Assembly (NCBI GenBank): GCA_045533785.1
Contig: JAZSIL010000050.1
Location: 1 to 40,648 of the forward strand
Reading direction: 5' to 3'
DNA: 40,648 bases
Source of the DNA: Bacilli bacterium
GTDB taxonomy: Bacteria > Bacillota_I > Bacilli_A > ML615J-28 > CAG-313
Positions within the stretch are counted from its first letter, which is position 1. Each line of letters begins with the position of its first letter. A program made the translations under genes and the position numbers. This document shows, in pieces, positions 9,827 to 20,337 of this stretch. The notes under the pieces are model-generated. The model saw nothing but the letters and a program-made list of their open reading frames with translations. It was not told the origin of the DNA and made no database searches.

Positions 9827-10026
9827 GAAATCCTCTTTCTCATAATAGTACTTGAAATCTTTTTTTTATATTATATAATATTTGAATAAAAAAAAGTAGT
9901 AAATTGATTAAAAATTAATAATTTATTTTATGATATTTTCACCATTTTTTCGACGTTATTTTTTAATATTAAAAGTAATTTTATATGCATTTTATATAGG
10001 GTTTAGTTATATTTTTTTCTTTTTAC

Positions 10027-10055
10027 TTGCAAAAAAAAACAATTTGTGATACAAT
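10027..10055 (+). promoter_or_regulatory. Sigma-A type promoter for parE-parC
   Basis: TTGCAA (10027-10032) is followed by a 17-nt spacer and TGaTACAAT (10047-10055). Confidence 0.5.
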
Positions 10056-10088
10056 AAAATAAATTGATATTATTGGAGGTTTATATTT

Positions 10089-12083
10089 ATGGCAACTGAT
10101 GATAAAAATAAAAAAGTTAAACAAGTCTATGATGAAGATTCCATACAAGTCTTACAGGGGTTAGAAGCTGTAAGAAAACGTCCAGGGATGTATATTGGGT
10201 CAACTGACTCAAGAGGTTTACATCATTTAGTATGGGAAATTGTTGATAATGCGATAGATGAAGCTTTATCTGGCTGGGGAACACTAATTAATGTTATTAT
10301 TGAAGCAGATAATAGTATTACGGTTTCAGATAATGGTCGTGGTATTCCAACAGGTATGCATAAAGTTGAAAAGCGTCCAACTCCTGAAGTAATTTTTAAT
10401 ACACTACATGCTGGTGGTAAATTTGATGCAAGTGGTGGTTATAAAGTTTCAGGGGGGCTACATGGTGTAGGTTCATCTGTAGTTAATGCTCTAAGTGAAT
10501 ACTTAACTGTTACTATTTATCGTGATGGTAAGATTTTCCAACAAACTTATCGTAATGGTGGTAAAACAATTGAAAAACCTAAAAACTTAGGTGATACAAG
10601 AAAAACTGGTACAACTATTCATTTTAAACCAGATGCAAAAATTTTTTCTTCAACAAACTTTGACTATAAACAAATTGCTCAAAGAATGAAAGAATCGGCT
10701 TTCTTAATTAAAGGATTAAAAATTACTTTAGAAGATAAGCGAGAAGGTTCTGAAAAGTATGAAGAATTCATGTATGATAATGGTATTAAAGAATTTGTAT
10801 CAACAATGACTAAAGATAAACAACCTATTAATGAACCTACTTTCTTTGTTGGTGATGTTCCATTTGAAACTAGAGGCGAAGTTAATGCAATCCATGTTGA
10901 AATTTCGTTACAATATTGCGCTAAATCATATAATGAAAATGTATTATCATTTGTTAATAATATTCGTACTCGTGATGGTGGTACACATGAAGTCGGTTTT
11001 AGAAGTGGTATTACTAGAGCATTTAATGAACATGCTAGAATGGTTGGAGCATTAAAAGATAAAGATGCGAATTTAGAAGGTTGTGATGTTCGTGAAGGGA
11101 TTGTAGCTGTTGTATCAATTCGTATTCCTGAAGCACTTTTACAATTTGAAGGACAAACGAAAGCAAAACTAGGTACACCTGAAGCTAAACAAGCTGTTGA
11201 ATCTGTTGTGTATGAACAAATGAAAAACTTTATGGCCGAAAATGGTAAGATTTCTGAAAGCTTAATTCAAAAAGCTTTAAGCGCTGCTCGTGCTCGTGAA
11301 AAGGCAAGAATTGCTCGTGATGAAGAAAGAATGGTAAAACAAATTAAATCTTCAAAACCTGCTAACCTTATCGGAAAACTTACTCCTGCGCAATATAAAG
11401 ATCCTAGTCGTAATGAGCTATTCTTAGTCGAAGGGGACTCAGCTGGAGGTTCTGCAAAACAAGGGCGAGATAGAACATTCCAAGCAATCTTACCACTTCG
11501 TGGTAAAGTATTAAATACTGCTACTGTTAAATTAGAAGAAGTATTTAAAAATGAAGAATTATTATCAATCATTAATGCAATTGGTGCAAGTGTTGGTTCT
11601 GATTTTGACGCTTCTAAATCTAATTATGATAAGGTTATAATTATGACCGATGCCGATACCGATGGTGCTCACATTCAAACTTTACTTTTAACTTTCTTCT
11701 TTAGATATATGAAAGGTTTAATTGAAGCTGGTAAAGTTTATATTGCAACACCACCTCTATATAAAATTTCATATAAAAATATGGTTGAATATGCATGGAC
11801 TGATGATGAACTTAGAATGAAAGTTGGTAATCAAAGAAATGTAATTATTCAACGTTATAAAGGTTTAGGTGAAATGAATGCTGAACAACTTTGGGAAACA
11901 ACAATGTGTCCTGGAAAACGTACTTTAATTAGAGTTATGATTTCTGAAGAAGAACTTGCAGAAGATAGAATGATGGTTCTAATGGGAGATGATGTTGAAC
12001 CTCGTCGTGAATGGATTGAAGATAATGTTGTCTTTGATGCAGAAGATAGTTTTATATTGGAGGACTTATTAGCAGATGAGTAA
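10089..12083 (+). CDS. parE: DNA topoisomerase IV subunit B (ParE)
   Basis: The 664-aa ORF has a GHKL ATPase region ([16 protein letters not shown]) and Toprim motifs ([29 protein letters not shown]). I call it ParE rather than GyrB because of the plsY/yneF neighbourhood and the partner gene, which lacks a GyrA box. Confidence 0.8.
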   Translation: MATDDKNKKVKQVYDEDSIQVLQGLEAVRKRPGMYIGSTDSRGLHHLVWEIVDNAIDEALSGWGTLINVIIEADNSITVSDNGRGIPTGMHKVEKRPTPEVIFNTLHAGGKFDASGGYKVSGGLHGVGSSVVNALSEYLTVTIYRDGKIFQQTYRNGGKTIEKPKNLGDTRKTGTTIHFKPDAKIFSSTNFDYKQIAQRMKESAFLIKGLKITLEDKREGSEKYEEFMYDNGIKEFVSTMTKDKQPINEPTFFVGDVPFETRGEVNAIHVEISLQYCAKSYNENVLSFVNNIRTRDGGTHEVGFRSGITRAFNEHARMVGALKDKDANLEGCDVREGIVAVVSIRIPEALLQFEGQTKAKLGTPEAKQAVESVVYEQMKNFMAENGKISESLIQKALSAARAREKARIARDEERMVKQIKSSKPANLIGKLTPAQYKDPSRNELFLVEGDSAGGSAKQGRDRTFQAILPLRGKVLNTATVKLEEVFKNEELLSIINAIGASVGSDFDASKSNYDKVIIMTDADTDGAHIQTLLLTFFFRYMKGLIEAGKVYIATPPLYKISYKNMVEYAWTDDELRMKVGNQRNVIIQRYKGLGEMNAEQLWETTMCPGKRTLIRVMISEEELAEDRMMVLMGDDVEPRREWIEDNVVFDAEDSFILEDLLADE

Positions 12084-14547
12084 AGTATCGAAAAAAATTA
12101 CAGATTTTATTGAAGAAAACATTATTCAAGAGAATTTTGAAAATATTATGGGTGATAGATTTGGTAGATTCTCTAAATATGTTATCCAAGATCGTGCTTT
12201 ACCTGATGCAAGAGATGGTTTAAAGCCAGTTCAAAGAAGAATTCTTTTTGCAATGTATAAGTTAGGTTTATACTCAAATAAACCTTTTAAGAAAAGTGCT
12301 CGTATTGTAGGTGACGTTATTGGTAAATATCATCCACATGGCGATGTTGCAGTATATGATGCGATGGTAAGAATGGGTCAAGACTTTAAGATTAGACTTC
12401 CACTTATTGATATGCATGGTAACAATGGTAGTATTGATGGTGACCCAGCTGCTGCAATGCGTTATACTGAAGCAAGAATGAGTAAGAATTCTGAAATGAT
12501 TCTAGAAGATATTAACAAGCGTACGGTTGGCTTTGTGCCTAACTTTGATGATGAAGAATTAGAACCTATCGTTTTACCTGCTAAATTTCCTAATCTTTTA
12601 GTTAATGGTGCAAGTGGTATTTCGGCAGGTTATGCAACTGAAATTCCACCACATAATCCAGGTGAATGTATTGATGCGGTAATTTACCGTATGAAAAATC
12701 GTAAATGTACATTAGAAGAATTACTTAATATTGTTAAAGGTCCGGATTTCCCTACTGGTGGTATTATGCAAGGAATTGATGGATTAAAACAAGCTTATAC
12801 AACTGGTCGTGGTAAAGTAATTGTAAAAGCTAAAACATTTATTGATACATCAAAAGCTGATCCTAGAATTATTATTACTGAAATTCCATACAATGTTAAT
12901 AAAGCTCAATTATTGAAGAGAATGAGCGATCAAATTCAAGCTAAAAATGTTGATGGCGTTAAAATGATTCGTGACGAAACTGATAGATCAGGGCTACGCA
13001 TTGTTATTGATGTTCGTCGAGATGTTAATCCTGAATATATTCTTAACTTCCTATTTAAGGCTACTGAACTTCAAGTTAACTATAACTTTAACATGGTTGC
13101 CATTGTAAGAGGTAAGCCATGTTATATGGGACTTATTGATTTTATCGATGCTTATATTGATCATCAAAAAGAAGTAATGCGTAATAAATGCAATTACGAT
13201 TTAGAACGTGCATTAAAACGTCAAGAAATTGTAGCAGGTTTAATTGCAATGGTTTCAATTCTTGATGCTGTTATTACAACAATTAAGAATTCAAAAAATA
13301 AAGCTGATGCTAAAGAAAATATTATTTCTAAATATGGATTTACAGAAATTCAAGCTGAAGCTATTGTAATGTTACAACTTTATCGTTTAACTAATACAGA
13401 TATTTTTGCATTAAAACAAGAATCAAAAGAACTTGATCAAGAAGTTAGAAAATTAAAATCAATTTTATCAAGTAATAGTGCTTTAAATAATGCAATTGTT
13501 GAAGAATTATTACATACTAAAGAAGTTATTGATACACCACGTTTAACGCAAATTGAAGATGAAATTTCTGATTTAGAAGTTAAGACTGAAGATGTTATTA
13601 CTAAAGAAGATGTAATGTTATTAATCACTCATGATGGTTATTTAAAACGTATTTCAATGCGTGCATTTGGTACTCTTGGTGAAGGAGAACAAACTAAACT
13701 TAAAGATGGTGATGTTTTAACAGATATTTATTCGGTAACAACAGTTGATGTATTACTTCAATTTACAAATTTAGGTAACTATATTTTCTTACCTATTCAT
13801 AAGATTCCAGAATCTAAACATAAAGATTTAGGATATCACGTAAGTACATTAATTTCAATGGAACCTAATGAAAAAGTTATTTTCTCATTCCCTGTTGCTG
13901 ACTTTGATGAAGAAAAATATGTTTTACTAGCTACTAAGAGTGGATTAATTAAACGTATGAAATTATCAAGTCTTAAAGTAAATCGTTATTCTAAGACATT
14001 AATGGCAACTAAACTTCGTGAAGGTGATGAAGTAGTTAGTGTCGATGTAATTACTGGCGAGGATGCTGAGGTTGTTATCGCAACTCATGACGGTTACATG
14101 AATCGTTATGATGCTAAAGAAATTAGTATTATTGAGCCATCATCATTTGGTGTTAAATCAATTGAACTTAAGAGTCGTCCTAAAGATTATGTTGTTGGTG
14201 CTAAATATGTTTCTGAAAAAGATATTATCTTACTTCTTACAAATAGAGGTAACATCAAGCGTATGAGACCTGATGAAATTCTTAAGGGCAAGAAAAACCA
14301 TGTTGGTAAGATGTACTTAAAAGTTGTTAAATCTAATATGCATAGTGCTATTCATATGGATGTAATTCATGGCGTTAATGCTAAATCAAGTTTAGCTTGT
14401 TGGATTTTCTGTAATGAAGGTAAAGTTGATATTGATTATACAATCTTAAGAATTGCAATTGCTGATAATGGTAAACGTTTTGTTACTGATGATAAGATGA
14501 AACCAGAGCGTATTGTTATCTCAAGAAATGATAATGATTTAATCTAA
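12076..14547 (+). CDS. parC: DNA topoisomerase IV subunit A (ParC)
   Basis: The 823-aa ORF overlaps parE by 8 nt. It has the active-site region [11 protein letters not shown] and the motif HPHGD. I found no QRRGGKG-type GyrA box in the C-terminal domain. Confidence 0.8.
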   Translation: MSKVSKKITDFIEENIIQENFENIMGDRFGRFSKYVIQDRALPDARDGLKPVQRRILFAMYKLGLYSNKPFKKSARIVGDVIGKYHPHGDVAVYDAMVRMGQDFKIRLPLIDMHGNNGSIDGDPAAAMRYTEARMSKNSEMILEDINKRTVGFVPNFDDEELEPIVLPAKFPNLLVNGASGISAGYATEIPPHNPGECIDAVIYRMKNRKCTLEELLNIVKGPDFPTGGIMQGIDGLKQAYTTGRGKVIVKAKTFIDTSKADPRIIITEIPYNVNKAQLLKRMSDQIQAKNVDGVKMIRDETDRSGLRIVIDVRRDVNPEYILNFLFKATELQVNYNFNMVAIVRGKPCYMGLIDFIDAYIDHQKEVMRNKCNYDLERALKRQEIVAGLIAMVSILDAVITTIKNSKNKADAKENIISKYGFTEIQAEAIVMLQLYRLTNTDIFALKQESKELDQEVRKLKSILSSNSALNNAIVEELLHTKEVIDTPRLTQIEDEISDLEVKTEDVITKEDVMLLITHDGYLKRISMRAFGTLGEGEQTKLKDGDVLTDIYSVTTVDVLLQFTNLGNYIFLPIHKIPESKHKDLGYHVSTLISMEPNEKVIFSFPVADFDEEKYVLLATKSGLIKRMKLSSLKVNRYSKTLMATKLREGDEVVSVDVITGEDAEVVIATHDGYMNRYDAKEISIIEPSSFGVKSIELKSRPKDYVVGAKYVSEKDIILLLTNRGNIKRMRPDEILKGKKNHVGKMYLKVVKSNMHSAIHMDVIHGVNAKSSLACWIFCNEGKVDIDYTILRIAIADNGKRFVTDDKMKPERIVISRNDNDLI

Positions 14548-14552
14548 AAAAT

Positions 14553-14592
14553 AAAAGTGATAATGTTTTGAACGAAATATTATCACTTTTTT
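14553..14592 (+). terminator. Rho-independent terminator after parC
   Basis: A perfect 12-bp stem, aaaagtgataat (14553-14564) pairing with attatcactttt (14579-14590), runs into a T-tract. Confidence 0.75.
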
Positions 14593-14660
14593 AAGTTTAA
14601 ACACTATGAAAATAAAAAAAATATGATATATTGGAATAAAAAAAGTATAAGAGGTGCCTA

Positions 14661-16841
14661 ATGAATAAAAGTTTTAAAATTTTCTTTTTTATTTTCTGCA
14701 TAGTTTGCTTAATATCTTGTGATTCTTCAAACATTACTCACACACATAACTTTATTGACGGAGTTTGTGACTGTGGCAAAAAAGAATCAGATATTACCCC
14801 TCCTCATGAACATTCCTTTGTAAATGGTGAATGTGAATGTGGTGAAAAAGAATCAGATACTATCCCTCCTCATGAACATTCCTTTGTAAATGGTAAATGC
14901 GAATGTGGAGAAGAACAAGGAATAGTAGATGATGAGTATTCTCAAGGATTAGAATATACATTATCTGATGATGAATCTTATTATATTTTAAGTGGGATTG
15001 GTAGTTGTACTGATACTATTATTAATATTCCTTTATTATATAAAGATAAACCTGTTGAAATTATTAAAAATCAGGCTTTTGCAAATAATTATTCTTTAAT
15101 CGGTGTTAATATTCCTAAAAGTATTAAGTTAATTGATGAAGCTTCTTTTTATAGTTGTGGTAATTTAAAAACTGTTATATTCGAAGAAGAAAGTACTTTA
15201 GAAGCAATAAATAGAGATGCTTTTATGGGCTGTGGATTAACAAGTATTATTATTCCTAATTCTCTAAAAACTATTGGTGTTGATGCTTTTAGTTATTCTG
15301 GATTAAAAACAGTTACTTTTGAAGAAAATAGCGAATTAGAATTAATTGATTATAATGCTTTTAGAGTATGTAGAGATTTAGTAAGTATTGTTATTCCAGA
15401 AGGAGTAACTACGATTCAAGATCAAGTTTTTTATCGTTGTGAAAGTTTAAGAAGTGTTATTTTACCTCAATCACTTAAAGAAATTGGATATATGGTATTT
15501 CAAGATTGTTATTCTTTAGAAAGTATTATTATACCTGAAAATATTTCTGTTATTAGTGCTCATCTATTTAGTCATTGCACAAGTTTACAAAATGTAACAT
15601 TTAATAATGGTAATAATATAACAGCTATACAAAATGGGGCATTTTATGATTGTACTAGTTTAGAAAATGTATATTTCTATGGTACAATAGAGGATTGGTG
15701 TAATGTAAATATCGATTCTAATCCTATGGAATATGCAGAAAACTTTCAATTATTGGATAATAATGTTTTGCAAGAAGTAACAAAGATTGTTATTCCAGAA
15801 TCAATATCGAAAATAGGAAATAATCAATTTTTTGGTTTTAGTAATGTTACTAGTATTTCATTGCCAAATACAATTGAAAGTATTGGAGACTATGCTTTTT
15901 CTTGTTGTTATAGTTTAAAAGAATTAGAAATTCCTAATGGTGTAACATCAATTGGAGAATTTGCATTTGCTAATTATTTGTATGAGTATAATGATTTTTA
16001 TGAAGATGAGTATACTGAAATTAAATCTAATCAAATAACTGATATTGTTATTCCAAGCAGTGTTAAAAGTATTGGAAAGAATGCATTTGCTTTTTGTACT
16101 AATTTAAATACGGTAACATTTGAAGAAAATAGCTCAATAGAAAGTTTTGCTGAAGAGGTATTTGTTTATTGCACTGCTCTTAAAAATATTAATATTCCAA
16201 TTAGCATTAAAAAGATTTCGGAAGAAGCATTTGTAAAATGTAGTAGTTTAACTAAAATAATTATTCCAGATAGTGTTACAGAAATTAGTAAAGGAGTATT
16301 TTTAAAGTGTTCTAGTTTAGAAAGTATAACATTACCTTTTATTGGTTCTGGTAGTTATTATAAACATTTTGGTTACATTTTTGGTGCATACAATTATGAT
16401 GATAATTATGAATGTGTACCTAAGACATTAGAAGAAGTTATAATAACTAAAGCAACTGAAATAGGCGATTATGCTTTTAGTAGTTGTTATTATATTAAAA
16501 ATTTTGTTTTACCAAATAATTTAATTACAATTGGAAGTCATGCATTTTCTGGTTGTTGTATGACTGAAATTAATATTCCTGATAGTGTTACTACGATTGG
16601 TGATTATGCATTTTCGGGATGTATTAACTTAACTTATATCGTTATTCCATCAAATGTTGTTAATATGGGAAAAAATATTTTTAATCAATTATCGTCAAAT
16701 TCTTCAATAACAATTTACTGTGAGTTAACAAAAATTCCAGATACTTGGAATTCAAATTGGAATAAAGATAATTATACAGTTTATTTACAAGGTGAATGGA
16801 AATATGATAAAGAAGGCATTCCTATGCCAACAAATAATTAA
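14661..16841 (+). CDS. Surface lipoprotein with BspA-type leucine-rich repeats (LRR_5) and an N-terminal His/Cys repeat
   Basis: The protein has a signal peptide with a lipobox (L-I-S-C, Cys20). More than 12 repeats follow the pattern IxIPxSVxxIGxxAFxxCxxLxxI. The SD is aagaggtgcctaATG. Confidence 0.85.
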   Translation: MNKSFKIFFFIFCIVCLISCDSSNITHTHNFIDGVCDCGKKESDITPPHEHSFVNGECECGEKESDTIPPHEHSFVNGKCECGEEQGIVDDEYSQGLEYTLSDDESYYILSGIGSCTDTIINIPLLYKDKPVEIIKNQAFANNYSLIGVNIPKSIKLIDEASFYSCGNLKTVIFEEESTLEAINRDAFMGCGLTSIIIPNSLKTIGVDAFSYSGLKTVTFEENSELELIDYNAFRVCRDLVSIVIPEGVTTIQDQVFYRCESLRSVILPQSLKEIGYMVFQDCYSLESIIIPENISVISAHLFSHCTSLQNVTFNNGNNITAIQNGAFYDCTSLENVYFYGTIEDWCNVNIDSNPMEYAENFQLLDNNVLQEVTKIVIPESISKIGNNQFFGFSNVTSISLPNTIESIGDYAFSCCYSLKELEIPNGVTSIGEFAFANYLYEYNDFYEDEYTEIKSNQITDIVIPSSVKSIGKNAFAFCTNLNTVTFEENSSIESFAEEVFVYCTALKNINIPISIKKISEEAFVKCSSLTKIIIPDSVTEISKGVFLKCSSLESITLPFIGSGSYYKHFGYIFGAYNYDDNYECVPKTLEEVIITKATEIGDYAFSSCYYIKNFVLPNNLITIGSHAFSGCCMTEINIPDSVTTIGDYAFSGCINLTYIVIPSNVVNMGKNIFNQLSSNSSITIYCELTKIPDTWNSNWNKDNYTVYLQGEWKYDKEGIPMPTNN
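14739..14918 (+). repeat. In-frame 66-nt tandem repeat, about 2.7 copies, encoding H-x-H-x-F-x-x-G-x-C-x-C-G-x-x-E-S-D-x-x-P-P
   Basis: The copies lie at 14739-14804, 14805-14870 and 14871-14918. Copies 2 and 3 share an identical 24-nt start, catgaacattcctttgtaaatggt. Confidence 0.9.
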
Positions 16842-16854
16842 CGAAAATTTATTT

Positions 16855-16887
16855 AGATAATAGAAATTTTTTCTATTATCTTTTTTT
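16855..16887 (+). terminator. Rho-independent terminator after the LRR lipoprotein gene
   Basis: The stem agataatagaa (16855-16865) pairs with ttctattatct (16871-16881) and is followed by a T-run to 16887. Confidence 0.75.
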
Positions 16888-16909
16888 GCATATAATTAAT
16901 GTAAAGATA

Positions 16910-16938
16910 TTGAAAAAAATGGTGATTTAGTTTATAAT
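16910..16938 (+). promoter_or_regulatory. Sigma-A type promoter for the ABC fusion gene
   Basis: TTGAAA (16910-16915) is followed by a 17-nt spacer and TATAAT (16933-16938). Confidence 0.55.
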
Positions 16939-16991
16939 AAGTTAATAATTGCAAATTATAATAATATTAAACTTTAATGGAGGGTTTAAAT

Positions 16992-19900
16992 ATGTTAGAA
17001 CTTAAAAATATTGTCAAAGAATATCCTACGGGGAATAATACTTTAACAGCATTAAGAGAAATTAATATTGCTTTTAGAAAGTCTGAATTCGTAGCTATTC
17101 TTGGACAATCTGGATGTGGTAAAACTACATTACTTAATATTATTGGTGGCCTAGATAAATATACAGAAGGCGACTTAATAATTAATGGAATTTCAACTAA
17201 AGAATATAAAGATGCTAATTGGGATGCGTATCGTAATCATTCAATTGGTTTTGTATTCCAAAGCTACAATTTGATTCCTCATCAAAATGTACTTTCAAAT
17301 GTTGAATTAGCACTTACTTTATCAGGTGTATCTAAAACAGAAAGAAGAAATCGTGCAATTGAAGCGCTTACTAAAGTAGGACTTGCAGATCAAATTTATA
17401 AGAAACCTAATCAAATGTCTGGTGGTCAAATGCAGCGTGTTGCTATTGCAAGAGCTCTTGTTAATAATCCAGATATTTTACTTGCTGATGAACCTACTGG
17501 CGCGCTTGATTCAGAAACAAGTATTCAAATTATGGAAATCTTAAAAGAAGTTGCTAAAGATAAATTAGTAATTATGGTTACTCATAATCCTGAACTTGCA
17601 GATACTTATGCGAATCGTATTGTAAAATTATTAGATGGAAAAATTATTGATGATTCTAATCCTTATACTCCTATTTATAAAGAAACAGAAGTCACTAATA
17701 CTCCTAAAAAAATTGCTAAAAATAAATCAATGTCTTTATGGACAGCACTTACTTTATCTTTTAATAACTTACTTACTAAAAAAGGTAGAACAATTCTTAC
17801 AGCGATTGCAGGTAGTATTGGTATTATTGGTATTGCACTAATTTTGTCTATTTCTACGGGAGTAAATAATTATATTGATAATGTTCAACAAGAAACTTTA
17901 TCATCATTCCCAATTCAAATTGAAAAAGAATCTACAAACATAAGTGCCCTAATTAGTTCACTGATGGGAGTAGATGCTGAAGAACCAGCTGATGGAATTG
18001 CTAAAGAAGATCGTACTGCTGTTTATGGTAACCCAGTAATGTACAAGATGATGAAGGCAATGCTTAATGCTGAAGTGTCTACTAATAATCTTGAAAAGTT
18101 CAAAGTATATTTAGATGAACATAATGAAGAGTTAAGTGATTATACAACTGCTATTCAATATGGTTATAATGTTAAACTAAATATTTATTCAACCGATCCA
18201 AATGGTGAATATGCTAAAGCAGATTTTATGGATTTAATGAATGGTGTATTTGCTGGTGGTTCAATGTCGATGGGAATTTCTTCAATGATGGAATCTTCTG
18301 GTGGAATGACTGTATGGCAAGAGTTATTAACAGATCCTAAAACAGGTGAAATTAGTAATTTAATCGAAAGTCAATATGATTTAGTTCACGGAACTTGGCC
18401 TAAAGAAAAGAACGAAATTTTACTTGTTTTAAACGAGAGTAATGAGATTTCTGATGTAACTCTATACTCACTTGGATTAGTTGATAAACAAACAATGATC
18501 AACGCAACAATGGCGGCGATGATGGGCAAAGAAGATAATGGTTGGGATGCATATGAAGGTAAATCATGGAGTTATGAAGATATTTGTAACATTAGTTTAA
18601 AAATGATTTTACCAACTGATTATTATCAATTTGATGATACCACTAAATTATGGGTTGATATTTCTAGTAATCAAGCATTACTTAATTCAGTTATTAATAA
18701 AGGTTTAGATTTAAAAATTTCAGGTATTGTTAAACCAAGTGAAGATGCAACATCAGCATTCTTAAGTGGTTCTTTATGTTATACAAGTGCTTTAACAAAT
18801 TATTATATAGAAACTCTAAATAATACTGATATGATTAAACAACAACTAAGTAATGATGAGTATAATATCATTTCGGGACTTCCTTTTGTTTTAGAAGAAA
18901 CTGAAGAACTAACTAGAGAAGAACAAATTGCAACATTTAAAGAATATGTAAATGGTCTTACAAATAATGAAAAAGTAAAATTATATCAACAAATTTTATC
19001 TACGCCTAAAAAATCTTTTATTGATGCTACTATTGATGGTTTGTTAAAACAATATGAAAATAAAACAGCTGAAGACATTATTAATCATATTACAACACAA
19101 TATGCTACTGAACTTGGTTATAGTGAAGAATTAATAAAAGATATGTTAAGTGGTTATACAAAAGAAGAATTAATTGATATCATAATTGAAACTGTTGAGC
19201 AAATGATTATTAAACAACAAGAAGAAAAAGCACTAAAGATAATTGAGGAAATTTATGCTACACCATCCGTAGAAGAATTACAAACAATGAAAATGATGTT
19301 GTTATCAAATTTATATAAAGATGTTTCACAACTTCCAATTGAGCAACAAACGATTATGAAACAACAAATTAATTATAGTTTTGTTGCGAGCAATTGGTCA
19401 CAAAAAACAGGAATGTCAATTGAAACTGCTTTAGGTGTTTTAAAAACAATGAGCATTAATGAATTTAATGTTGCATTTGACAATGCCTTAAATGAGAATG
19501 CTGAAAAACTTTATGCACAATATAGTGGTATGAGTTCTAATGCTGATAAAGCTGCTAAAGTTGCAAAAGCATTTGATGAGTATTTAGCAAATTCTACTGA
19601 AGATGATTTTGTATATTTCTATTTGAATCATATGCCTGATAAAATTTCTGATAAAACAAAAGTAGATCTTTTAAAAGATTTAGGTTACAAACAAACTAAA
19701 GATCCAGATTTTATTAATATTTATCCAATTGATTTTGAAAATAAAGAAATAATTGCTAACATGATAACTGATTATAATAATGGTGTTGCTGAAGAAGATA
19801 AAATTGAATACACTGATATGGTTGCGATGTTAATGTCATCTGTTTCAGATATTATTACTGCTATTTCTGTTGTATTAATTTGTTTTGTATCAATTTCATT

Positions 19901-20264
19901 AGTTGTTTCTTCAATTATGATTGGAATTATTACTTATATTTCTGTTCTTGAAAGAACAAAAGAAATTGGTATTTTACGTGCTGTAGGTGCATCTAAGAAA
20001 GATGTATCGCGTGTATTTAATGCTGAAACAATGATCATTGGTTTATTTGCTGGTGTAATTGGTATTGGCGCTACAGTTCTTTTATGCTTCCCTATTAGTT
20101 GGATTGCACGTAGTGTTACAAATATTCAATCTTTAACAGCAGTTTTACCATGGTATGGATACTTATTAATTGTATTAAGTGTTGGACTTACTTTAATTGC
20201 AGGTATCTTCCCATCACGAATGGCTGCTAAAAAAGATCCTGTTGTAGCACTTAGAACAGAATAA
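16992..20264 (+). CDS. Fused ABC transporter ATP-binding protein / FtsX-family permease (MacB-like) with an oversized extracytoplasmic domain
   Basis: The ATPase has Walker A (GQSGCGKTT), the signature motif (MSGGQMQRVAIARAL) and Walker B (LLADEPTGALD). The C-terminus has an FtsX-type TM2-4 bundle (ERTKEIGILRAVGASKKDV). I place the start at 16992 (MLELKNIV) because GGAGGG (16979-16984) sits 7 nt upstream. The track start at 16977 would lie on top of that SD. Confidence 0.88.
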   Translation: MLELKNIVKEYPTGNNTLTALREINIAFRKSEFVAILGQSGCGKTTLLNIIGGLDKYTEGDLIINGISTKEYKDANWDAYRNHSIGFVFQSYNLIPHQNVLSNVELALTLSGVSKTERRNRAIEALTKVGLADQIYKKPNQMSGGQMQRVAIARALVNNPDILLADEPTGALDSETSIQIMEILKEVAKDKLVIMVTHNPELADTYANRIVKLLDGKIIDDSNPYTPIYKETEVTNTPKKIAKNKSMSLWTALTLSFNNLLTKKGRTILTAIAGSIGIIGIALILSISTGVNNYIDNVQQETLSSFPIQIEKESTNISALISSLMGVDAEEPADGIAKEDRTAVYGNPVMYKMMKAMLNAEVSTNNLEKFKVYLDEHNEELSDYTTAIQYGYNVKLNIYSTDPNGEYAKADFMDLMNGVFAGGSMSMGISSMMESSGGMTVWQELLTDPKTGEISNLIESQYDLVHGTWPKEKNEILLVLNESNEISDVTLYSLGLVDKQTMINATMAAMMGKEDNGWDAYEGKSWSYEDICNISLKMILPTDYYQFDDTTKLWVDISSNQALLNSVINKGLDLKISGIVKPSEDATSAFLSGSLCYTSALTNYYIETLNNTDMIKQQLSNDEYNIISGLPFVLEETEELTREEQIATFKEYVNGLTNNEKVKLYQQILSTPKKSFIDATIDGLLKQYENKTAEDIINHITTQYATELGYSEELIKDMLSGYTKEELIDIIIETVEQMIIKQQEEKALKIIEEIYATPSVEELQTMKMMLLSNLYKDVSQLPIEQQTIMKQQINYSFVASNWSQKTGMSIETALGVLKTMSINEFNVAFDNALNENAEKLYAQYSGMSSNADKAAKVAKAFDEYLANSTEDDFVYFYLNHMPDKISDKTKVDLLKDLGYKQTKDPDFINIYPIDFENKEIIANMITDYNNGVAEEDKIEYTDMVAMLMSSVSDIITAISVVLICFVSISLVVSSIMIGIITYISVLERTKEIGILRAVGASKKDVSRVFNAETMIIGLFAGVIGIGATVLLCFPISWIARSVTNIQSLTAVLPWYGYLLIVLSVGLTLIAGIFPSRMAAKKDPVVALRTE

Positions 20265-20286
20265 AATTTATTTTAGAATAACTTTC

Positions 20287-20315
20287 TTGATAAAAAAAGA
20301 AAATTATGATATACT
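20287..20315 (+). promoter_or_regulatory. Sigma-A type promoter for cmk-rpsA/der/gpsA
   Basis: TTGATA (20287-20292) is followed by a 17-nt spacer and TGaTATACT (20307-20315). Confidence 0.5.
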
Positions 20316-20337
20316 AAACGAGTTGAGGTGACTAAAA

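Noticed and set aside
10089-14547. Calling the type II topoisomerase pair GyrB/GyrA.
   Set aside because: The pair sits next to plsY and yneF as parE-parC does in B. subtilis, not near dnaA/dnaN/recF. The A subunit lacks a GyrA-box (QRRGGKG-like) motif in its C-terminal domain. The B subunit has the [10 protein letters not shown].. pattern I associate with ParE. The call is still based on synteny and motifs, not on phylogeny.
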